Origin: Azolla caroliniana
Lineage: Eukaryota; Plantae; Polypodiophyta
Reading direction: 5' to 3'
Assembly: GCA_043228905.1 (NCBI GenBank)
Contig: JBHGNT010000005.1
Coordinates: forward strand, 16,368,001 to 16,432,000
Length of the DNA: 64,000 nucleotides
The notes beneath the pieces are model-generated. The model was not told where the DNA came from. It saw only the letters and a program-made list of their open reading frames with translations, and searched no databases. Below are positions 40,236-51,226 of the stretch, one piece after another. The translations under genes and the position numbers were made by a program. Within the stretch, counting starts at the first letter, position 1, and every line of letters begins with the position of its first letter.

Positions 40236-43096
40236 AGGAAGAAAATTTCTCGTTCCTTGTTTGAAAAGGGAATCCAGCATCAGAAAACAGTTCCCTACAC
40301 CCCGATGCAGAATGGTGTAGCCGAATGGATGAACCAGATTATCCAAGAGAGGCTGACGACAATGCTCTAGCAAAACAAACTTAAGTTGGAGTTCTAGGCC
40401 GAAGCATTGTAGATGGCATTGATCAATTTGTCGCCATCACGCACAATCTAGCTCCAATTGCCACAAGCACTCTGGTTAGGCAAACAACCGACCTAAAGTT
40501 GGCTTCGTACATTCGAATGCGAAGCCTTTGCCTTTATTCTGAGGGAGAAAAGGACCAAGCTAGCACCCCATTCACTCAAGTATATATTTCTTGGTTACGG
40601 AACCGATGGGGATTTCGGATATAGGCTATGGGATCCGGAAAACCGGAAACTGATCTAGAGCAACGATGTTGTCTTCAATGAAGACTCAATTCTATCTGGC
40701 CAGTCCCAACCAAAAATCGGCAAAACAGTCACATTCGATTATTCCAAAAAGAATCGGATGACGAAGAGCCGATTATTCAATTCGAATAAGAAATTAGGTG
40801 AAATATCGAAGCCAAATCGACCAACACCCCCCTTGCCGAATCCGAATTGGCTAAAAGATTGACAAGGGACCAATTGACTAAAGTGACCACCAGCCGATCC
40901 GAACCAACCAACGCACCAACAACACGGTCAATCACTCCCAAAGAAGAAGATGATCCAACAACAACACATGACAATTGCAAGGCGGATCATCTCAATGGAC
41001 TCCTTACAATGATAATTCAAAGTGTGTCGATCGGTCAGACAAGTCGACTGAAGAATCCAAAGCAACCATATTGGCGCCAAGGAGATCTGGAGGAGTCCGA
41101 AGGCTGATAGAGTTCTATCAACTGGGCCTAGACTATGTCAACTACACAGATGCAGGCGAACCAAGCTCCTATGAGGAAGCACTCGCCACACCAAACGCTA
41201 ACACATGGCTACAAGCCATGAGATTCGAGATGGACTCAAGTAGAGAAAATGACACAATTCGAGATGAACTCAATTAGATGAACTACTAGCCGGAAGGAAG
41301 CCACTACCCTGCAAGTGGGTCTACCGATACAAATATGTATCTAGTTCGGACAGACCCAAGTACAAAGCTCGGCTCATTGCCAAAGGATTCAAACAAGAAT
41401 ATGGTGTCGACTACAACGAGATATTCTCATTGGTGGTCAAGATGACAACCCTTCTGCTCCTACTCGAAGTCGTGGTGATAGAGAACCTAGAGCTCGAGCA
41501 GTTGGACGTCAACACAACATTCCTCCACAAAGACCTTGAAGAAGACATATGCATGTCTCAACCGACAAGCTTTACGGTGACAGGGGAGCAAGGTCACCTC
41601 GTTTGTAGGCTAAAGAAGAGCCTTTATGGCCTAAAGTAAGCGTCAAGAATGTGGTATCAAAAATTCGATACCTACATTTTGGCAGCTTGGATATAGCCGG
41701 TCGGACTCCGACCCATGCATGTACATCTGACAACTGTCCGATGAGTCCCGAATCTATCTGATCCTTTACGTCGACAACATGCTCATCGTCGGCAGTGATA
41801 GAGTAGAGATCAGAAAGCTAAAGTGGAGCCTTCATGAGAAATTCTCAATGAAGGAACTCGGAGAAGCCCAACACATTCTGGGCATGCGAATAGAATGAAA
41901 TCAGACCAAGAAGACCCTCCAACACACCCAATCTGACTACATCCGAAAGGTGCAGAGGCGCTTCAATACGGAGAACACAAAGCTGGCACCGACACTACTT
42001 CTGACATCGCATTGACTATCGGATAGAGACTCTCCATCCACAAAAGAGGAGAGAGAGCTCATGAACCGAATTCCCTATGCATCGACCGTAGGAAGTCTCA
42101 TGTACGTAATGGTAGCAACTCGACCAGACCTTGCTTACACCATAGGTGTCTACAACCACTACATGTCCAATCTTGGACAGAAGTACTGGGGAGCTGTGAA
42201 GACCATATTCCGGTACCTTCGAGGCGCCGTAGATTTGTAGCTGACTTTCGGATTAGACAATCCATTCGAAGTCGAAGGCTTCACAGCTTCCGATTATGTC
42301 GACAACCTCGACAATCAGAAATCCACATCAGGTTATGTCTTCACCTACGGAGGCGACGCCATATCGTGGAGTTCAAAATTGCAAGATTGCACGGTACTCT
42401 TGACAACCAAAGCCGAGTACATAGCTGCATTGGATGCAACCAAGGAAGCCATTTTGTTACACCGACTTTCGGCCGACTTTTTAGCCAAGAGCCAAATTGA
42501 CCATATGGCACCGACCCTACATTGTGACTCTCAAAGCACAATACACCTCATACAGAATCCGATATAACATGCTAAGACAAAGCATATTGAGATGAGGTAC
42601 CACCATATCTGGGAGCTCATCACCGACAATAAGATTGACATTCGGAAAGTGGATACCAAGGTGAACATCACCAACAGTCATAAGAAGCAACTCCCAGATC
42701 AATGCTTCGACATGCTAAGACAACAAATGTGACTACATCAAGCAAATGAGCGAAACGGAGCCGAATATGAAGGAGCAGAAGGTAAGTCGAAAAATGGCAC
42801 AACCAAACAAGCCAAATCGGCAAAGTTGAAGGAACCAAACAACCAAAAGGCTGAAGATGAAGTTGAACTCGAGGAAGCCGAAAGGATGAAGGAAGATCAA
42901 AGGACGAAGGGTGAAGGAAGTCGGAAGCCGATCAAAGATCTGGAAGGAGACATGAGGACTAGCCAACAACAAAGAAATCCGAAGGCCAAATGACACAAAG
43001 CCGACTCCACCTCTACCGATTCGGCTACTAGCGGATCGGCTTGTAACATACAAATAAATAACTTAAATTTAAGATGTAATTAAGCTTATGGGGGAG
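40236..43096 (+). mobile_element. Ty1/Copia fragment G (INT-RT-RH, 3' UTR, PPT)
   Basis: [47 protein letters not shown]; PPT GGGGGAG ending at 43096. Confidence 0.88.
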
Positions 43097-44632
43097 CTAA
43101 TTGTTAAGGACTAAAGCCATCAGTGTGGAAACATCAACAACACTTTGATATGAAGATCGCCGAGTACACAAGTCGAAGGCAAAATCAAAGAACAGAATGA
43201 GAGAGAGACAAAGAGGCACACAATGTAATGGTATTATTCAAAATCAACAACCACAACAAACTAGGTTACAAAGCCCCTTAAATACTAACTAGGCTAGGGC
43301 CAACTGCCCGTTGAACTATATTACAGAATTGTCCTAATTCTAGTTTGTCCAAGAGATAATGTGAATACGGCCATTATAGACCAGAATTCAACACTCCCCC
43401 ATAATGGGCGTATATAATGAAAATCTATAATATAAAAAGCAAATGGTCAATACAAATTTGTACAAGCTTGTCAAACAAATCATATTTCTGTTCGAGTTCG
43501 CAAACTCCGAAAAGCAAAAGACCGAATTGGTCGGGGTCGAAGAAATTGGGACTGAACCTCGAACTATCGATGATGATTGTTCAAAACCATCCTGAGTGTC
43601 TGAATCAATTAGACCGATTCTTCATTACGCCCATCTGGTGCCGAAGGGATGCAAATCGATCCGCAGAAACACACTTGGTCATCCCGTCTGTGACATTATC
43701 TATTGTAGGTATCTTCTTGAGGCCAAATTTCCCTGAAATGACGCAGTCCCGAACAAAGTGATATCTCACGTTCTCGCTGTGTACTTTGTACACTACGTAA
43801 AAGATGTGTGGAGTACCCGATTGACTAAGTATAAAGAAATAGGAAAAAATACTACAATAATTATGTTACATGCATAGGGCAAGATTTGAACCTTGTACCT
43901 CCATGTTAACAATTTCAAGCCTTACCATTATACTAGCATATTATGAGTTTTAAAGCTATACTAAACTTCATCCCATGTAAATATTCTAGATAAGCATGAT
44001 AGAAAAAGTTATTCATGCATACACACTCGAGTTAAATGAAAAGATGTGATAGAAAGCTAATCATGCACATGTAGTGTGCATGAAAACTAAAGTTAGAAAA
44101 GGCATGATGCTTGCATGTGGTAAACTTAGACTCTTCCATCACTATATAAGGAAGAGAGAAATATGTACATATTTTTGTTGATTTTTTTATAAGGGTTGAT
44201 TAATATATTATATTCGTGGGATTCATGAATTTGCCATTTATTTCTCTCTTGCAATCTAAATTCATATTCTTTCCTAAACATTAATTAATACACTATAGTC
44301 GTGGGATTCACAAGTTTCATATCTTTCTTTCTTATAATCTATTCATATTCATAACCAGACTTGTCTAAAATTCTTTCTCCTCCTAGTCCAAAAACCCCAG
44401 CGGTTCCCACCTAACTCACGCAAGCGATTTAGCGCCGAAAAGCACGACACAATTTGGTGAACTCGACGTGAAAACGGGTGGCAAGGAGATGGAAAATCAA
44501 CAAGAGGCTAACAATATGATGACAATGTTCGAGCGGATGCTACAAGAACAACACGTGATGTTGGAGATTGCGACATCAGTAGAGTGGCTCATGCAACGGA
44601 ACGAGCAATTCAACGGGAAGGATGTGTCACAT

Positions 44633-45365
44633 TGTCGTAGTGTATTTTGTACACTACATGAAAAACTTATAAAGTAACGTTTTAGTAAATATGAAGAAAT
44701 AGAAGAAAATGTCAAAATAAATAATACATGCATAGGGCAAGATTCAAACCTTGCACCTCCATGTTAATAATGTGAAACCTTACCATTACACTAGCATTTT
44801 ATTAGTGTTAAAAAGTAGATGTCCCACATAGAAAGGTAAGTTCACCTACAATAAACTTTAGTTAAAAGAAAAAGCTACGCATGCACATCTAGCGTGCATG
44901 AATGCTATAGTCGATAAAAAAGGCACAAGTTAGAAAAAGCATGATCATTTTAGATAAAGCATATAGTTTATCTATAGGAAAAGCATGGAGTCTATAGTTA
45001 GAGAAGAAAAAGCATGGATTGCTAAAGACTCCCTCATCACTACATAAGGATGGGGAGCACAATGTAAGGGGTGTGTAAAAAAATATTTGGAAACTGGATA
45101 TGTTTTTAAAAAACATCAATTAATAAACTATACTCGTGGGATTCACGAGGATTCTATATCATTCTCTTTCAACCCAAATTTATATTCTTATATTCATATT
45201 GATTAATCTAATATAATACACTCATGGGATTCACGAGTTTGCTATAACTCTTTCTTACAACATATTTATATTCTTATTAGCCTTAAAACTCTCCTCTTCC
45301 TAGTCCAAAACCCCAACGGTTCCCACCCGACTCACGCAAATGATCCAGCGCTGAAAGGCATGACA
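44633..45365 (+). mobile_element. Solo LTR of a D-related family inserted in D gag
   Basis: TGTCGT...ATGACA; TSD ACAT/ACGT; homologous to D LTRs. Confidence 0.92.
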
Positions 45366-46229
45366 ACGTTATTTCTGGGCCTACAAGGCGGAGATGCTCC
45401 GGTGCGCAATATCGGAAGGATTGCAAGTGACATCCTTCAATCGGGTGGCTACGGATGGGCTTCAAGGGAGTATCCACGGGATACGACAACAAAATCCGAC
45501 ATGGGAAGCGTTTGAATAAGCACTGAAGACCACATTCGCTATCGAGGACTCTTCCAAGGCAACGCGGAGGGGGTTCAAAGATTGGGTGGAAACGTCAGAC
45601 AAGGGGCTGAAGGTCCTCGATGTGTTTTTGGCATTCCAAAGTCGATTCGGGAGGTTGTCTGCGAGAGATCAAGCTATCCTCGCACCGGACAAAGTGATTA
45701 TGTTCTTACGAGCCGTGGATGTTCGGGTCCGGGAAGAACTTGGAGTGCTTCTGGAGGACACGACTACTGAGAGTGGCCTCATCAATACATGGGAAAACGT
45801 GTGGGACATTGTTGCACGATACACAAAAAGGGGGCAATGGCTTGGTAATGAAGAAAAGAGGATTTCAGAACCGATTCCGAAACCAAGATCCGGATTGGAA
45901 GACCATCAACCATGGGCTCAGGAGACTATGACTGAGAAGGGAATCGATGCAACCACGGTGGATCAGTTGTTGAAGGAGATGGAGAATTTGAAAATCGCAG
46001 TGGTGAAGAAGTTGGAAGACCGTCCCACAAGTTCCAAGTATATGGACCGTCGGTGCATATGGTGCGATAGCACCAAACATGATCGGAAGGATTACGATGA
46101 GCACAAGGAGGCGCTACGACGAGATCTTATCTACTACAAGGGAAATCATATTCATTTGATGGACTCTCGGAAGCCACTCCGACCGAACTTCCGAAAAGGT
46201 GGCATGAAGAAGGTCCTAGAGGAGGAGAT

Positions 46230-46330
46230 TGTTTATGGGTGGGGGGTGGAGCCGATCTGGCTCCACCCCCCTCCCAAGGGGGTTCGAGTGTGAGAGGAGA
46301 GAGGGAGAGATGAGATGCACAGAGAGAACG

Positions 46331-46371
<41 letters not shown>

Positions 46372-48686
46372 CAAGACAGACACAGTTTGTGGGTAACTTC
46401 AATATTCCATATTTTCATGCCCCATGAGTGAGGATTTATATAAGATCTTTACAAAAAGCCGAATGGACGTAGGTACACCTACTTACCTCACCTAACACTC
46501 ACACACTCACACAGTCACATTTCATATTCCACATTATACCTTTCACATTACACTTAACCCTCCCGTATACCTATACTGTTAACACCTGGCACGCCTGTGG
46601 GACAGTGCTTTGCACGTCGATCCCACAAAGCCCATGCCAAAAACTTATTGACCAAAAACTTCAACGATCTTCTCTCGACGGTCGGAAATCCCTCGACCGG
46701 AACACTTCTCGACGATCGATAACTTCTATTGGAGCTGGCTTGATACGAACCTTCTCGTTCTGTCAGCATAACGCACGATTGGATCATACACCAATCAGCT
46801 CGTCCATTGTGATAAAGTCATTAAGGGTTTAAAAAGATTGTGGGTGTATATATATATATATATATGTATTTCTACATTATTGGGAGTTGTAGTGAGTTTT
46901 GAGCCATTCAGTTTCCGAACTTCTATGTCGTAGCCTCAATTTTTGAAAATTTAATAGCTACCCTTATGTTTTTTTGGTTTAAACTTTCTTCACTTTGGTT
47001 TTTGAAAATTTCCATCGTGGCCTCAAACTTCTGAAATTCTCGGTGATGCCCTTCCCGTTCTCTTCTTCTTTTTAGTTTTCGGTTTCTTCATTCTTTCCTC
47101 TTTGCTCTTCTTTCTTCTCATTCTCTTCCATCTTTGTTGCGACAGAAACAATGCTTTGTCTTCTTCTTCTTCCTTCCTTCCTTAGTTTTCTTGGTTCAGT
47201 CATCTCCTGCTCCATCCGAGCTGTCTCAATCGAATGTTTGTTTGTCTCCCTATGTAGGTCCTTTCTTCTTCATCATTGTCTTTCTAATGCTCTATCTTCA
47301 TTTTCCTTCCCTTCGTCTCTTGTTGTGTGTTGTTGTTCTCTGTTTCGTTTGTCTTCGTGTTTTCATCTGCTTACAGCAACCACTGCAGCTTCCATGGCTC
47401 CACTTCTTCTTCCTCTTCTTGTTCTTGATTCTTTACTTCTTTTTGGTGGTTGTCAGCCTAACTTTCTGTTCATCAGCCAGCTGGCCAGTTGTCCGTGGCC
47501 TGTCTGTCGACTTTCTTTGTTTGATGGCCCCCATCATCTGTTTGGCCGTCGCCTTTCTCGGTAGTAGCCGTCCACGGTCGTCGCTTGGCTCTCGGCTATC
47601 TTGGCAGCCGTGCTAGTGCTTGGCCGACTGTCGGGCCGTCTCTCGGCCATATATTGGCTGACACTCGGTCGTTGCTCGGCTTCTTGGCCGCTTTCTCCGC
47701 CATGCTTGGGCCGACTCTCTGCTTCTCGGCCATGGCTTCTCGGCCCTCTCACAGCCGTGTCTTGGCCATATCTCGGCCGTCGCTGTCTGCCTTATGTCAC
47801 TTGGCCAACTCTCGCACAGTTCTCGGCCGTCATTTGGCCGACTCTTGGCCACACTCTTGGCCACGTTTCTCAGCCGTACTCTCGGTTTGTCTCGGCCGTC
47901 ACGCGGGGTCTCTCGCTTGGCCATCACTCGGTCGGTTCGGCCGCTACTATTCTTTTAGTTGGTCTGGGTTTATTTGTGGCCGTTTCTGTGTCCGGTTGAC
48001 TGTCGGACGCCGATCATCTTCGTCCGTCGAACCATCTGTAAGGCCAGCCCTATCTGGTCGGCTGTCTCAGTTGGCTTGAACTCTTCTCAGCTGCTTTCCA
48101 GGCCATCTCTCAGCCAACACTTCCTCGGTCGGCTCTTGGATTACGTTTCTGTTTTGTTCCCTTTCTCTTTTGCTTCCTCATATTCTTCCAACATGCTCCT
48201 AAGTCCATTTTTCTTGGAGCAATAGAGTGGCATAAACACACACAACATAAAGATGAAGACCTAGAGACACATAGGGGAACAAAGAGGGAAAGAGAGACTT
48301 CTCCTCAAGGGGGTTAGGCCGTAGGGCGTGCCATGTGTTTATGGGTGGGGGGTGGAGCCGATCTGGCTCCAACCCCCTCCCAAGGGGGTTCGAGTGTGAG
48401 AGGAGAGAGGGAGAGATGAGATGCACAGAGAGAACGAATGAGAGAGAGAGAGAGAGAGATAGAGAGAGAGAATCAAGATAGACATAGTTTGTGGGTAACT
48501 TCAATATTCCATATTTTCATGCCCCATGAGTGAAGATTTATATAAGATCTTTACAAAAAGCCGAATGGACGTAGGTACACCTACTTACCTCACCTAACAC
48601 TCACACACTCACACAGTCACATTTCATATTCCACATTATACCTTTCACATTACACTTAACCCTCCCGTATACCTATACGATTAACA
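46230..48686. mobile_element. Non-autonomous LTR element E with a PBS-like site at both ends
   Basis: LTRs 46230-46584 and 48336-48686, about 98% identical by eye. TSD GAGAT. TGGCACGCC inverted at 46587 and 48333. No RT/INT motifs and no PPT. Confidence 0.93.
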
Positions 48687-50782
48687 GAGATAGCGGTGAA
48701 AAGCAATTATGCAACAACCGCGGGAATACGTGTGGGGGAGTCATTTGGAGAAAAGGCATCTTTTTGGCTGGAAGTGCTAAAAATCTCGGAGAAAACCGAC
48801 CTTGATGAAATCCGGAGCACCGTGGAAGGCATCCAGGAAGCTACGGGATGGGAGTGCCCTTTAGATAAGAATAACATACACGAGTTATGTCAATTGCATG
48901 AGGTGTATGTAGATGAGAAACGATGGCGCAAGGATGATGCGGCCAAGCCATCAAAGACATCAGAGAGCTGGAACTAGATGGAAGATCCGGGCAGCCACAA
49001 AAGCCATGGAAGATCTATTTGCGGCTTGTTCGGATGTGACGGTGAAGATTGGAGATGTGGAGATTGACCAAAATTTCTTCGTTCATGATGAGGTCTCACA
49101 TTCTGTGATCCTCGGGCAACCCTTTATCACGGCTTCACGGATGGAGACAAAGGTGCTCGAAAGTGGGGCAACTTTTGCATGAATTCGGAGCCAAACCGGA
49201 GGGAAAATTGTCCAATTCCTGACTGTGCCATCGAATCACGAAAGGAACAAGAGAGAGCTCTTGTCCCAAACAAAAATGGATTTTTAAAACGAACTATTGC
49301 GGAGTGGGGAAGTGATGGTCCGAGAAGCCTTAATACCCCACACAGGAAGAAAACTCTTGGAGCAAAACAAGTACGAATCGGTCCGGATGGGGCATCTACA
49401 TACACAGCCATGACCGGAGTAATGAAGAAAGAATTTTGAAAGGTGCAAGATGAGTTACGGTCTGCATCAATCATAAAAGAAGACGAAGAAATCGTGGGAG
49501 TAGTCGAAGAAGTGTTCTATGGGAGCATGTTGCTTGCAACGGCTTGAAGAGCTTGCGGAAAAAAATAGCCAGGGAGACTGGGTAGTCCTGGTGGAATCGA
49601 TCGAGATGTACGAGATCATTGTAAAAATGGGGCCGGATGCGCTCCGCAAAGAAGAAGCAATGGTATGTACAAACTATAAGACCGTGGAAAAGAAGGTGAA
49701 ACCGTCCGCGGGACCACTACCTGCCATATGCGAACAAAAGAGGAAAGAAGTCTCGAGAAATCCAACACTTCGGAAGTCTGTGGATATCGGACATGCCTTC
49801 ATGAATGATACCCAGAAGAAACTTCGAATCAGTGGAGGTGGGTTCCTCTTACAGAACGAAGAAGAACGATTTCGTGAGATGTTGGAGCAACATGGAAAAG
49901 CATTTGCATTCACGTTAAGAGAGATAGGGTGCATTGATCTGAAGATAGTAGAACCGATGGTGAGCTTGTCGATTGATCATATGTCATGGAACCTAAAGCT
50001 GATTCCGGTGCCACGGGCGCATATTCTGAAAATCATTGACTTGCTCAAGGAGAAGGTGGCGATGGGGATTCTAGAGCCGTCGAACGCTCCATACTCAAAT
50101 CGGTGGTTTACGGTTCCTAAGAAGAATGGGTCACTCCGATTCATTCAAGATTTGCAACCGTGAACAAGGTCACGATCCGGAACTCCGGAGTCGGTCCGAT
50201 AGTGGACGAATTTGTGGAAGCGTTTGCCGGACGCGCGATATACTCCATCGGAGACCTATACTCTGGGTATGACCAATTCCAACTAGTTGTGGAGAGCCGA
50301 GATATCATTACAATGCGAACACTGATAGGATTAGTCCGGATGTGCACGCTACCACAAGGAGCGACAAACTCGGTCGCACATATGATGAATGCAATGAACA
50401 AGGTGCTCCGAGACTGCATTCCGAAGATAACAATGTCGTTCCTAGATGACATTCCGATGAAAGGATGTGCGGTGGAAGAAAAAGATGAGACTATGGATGA
50501 TCGAGGATGCTGAAAGTTCGTAGTTGAACATATTCACGACTGTGAGAAAGTGCTACGAAAGTTAGAAGATGTGCACCTAACACTCTCCGGAGAGAAATCG
50601 GCATTCAGACATCTATGTGGGCCCTACGGCCGAAGACCATCACCAGTCAAGATCGATGTGATTCAAGCTATGAAAGAAATATGCGAGTCACAATCTGAAG
50701 TTCGTAGATTCTTTGGTGCATGTGCATTTTATCACATATGGATTCCGCACTATGCACACCCACTTCTATCACTTGTTGTGGA

Positions 50783-51226
50783 TGTCAAGATTCGAACTCT
50801 TGACATGACCAAGTTATAATCGAGTGTTATGTGTTAACCACACATCTAACATATAATCATATATATACTTCCTCATTGTAGGTTTTAGCTAGCATCATGT
50901 GCATAATTTCTCCCTTGTATTATTAACACTTGGCACATGCATGCGTACCTATTGCCTACATGCTCTATTGTATCACATGCGTGCAATAGGTATGCATGCC
51001 ACTTAGTATAAATAGTTGAGTTCACCTTGAAGGAATTCAAGGTGAACAACGCTAGTCATGGACATATCAATCTAGTATTCCCATTTCGCCCATCCTCTCT
51101 CCTTGATCTTCATCTCTATCTTTATGCTCTTGTGTCATTCCACGTCTTAAGTTCCTCGCGTCATCGCTCTGTCATAGCCTCATCATCCATGCTCCGTCTT
51201 AGTCCGCGCTTGGTGTCTCCGTGACA
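50783..51226 (+). mobile_element. Solo LTR related to the LTR at 62082
   Basis: TGTCA...TGACA; TSD GTGGA; shared TATA plus CACCTTGA..TCAAGGTG hairpin. Confidence 0.9.

Noticed and set aside
47134-47616. Hydrophobic 160-aa ORF as an envelope-like membrane protein
   Set aside because: Arises from T/C-rich low-complexity sequence with a non-ATG start; no support.
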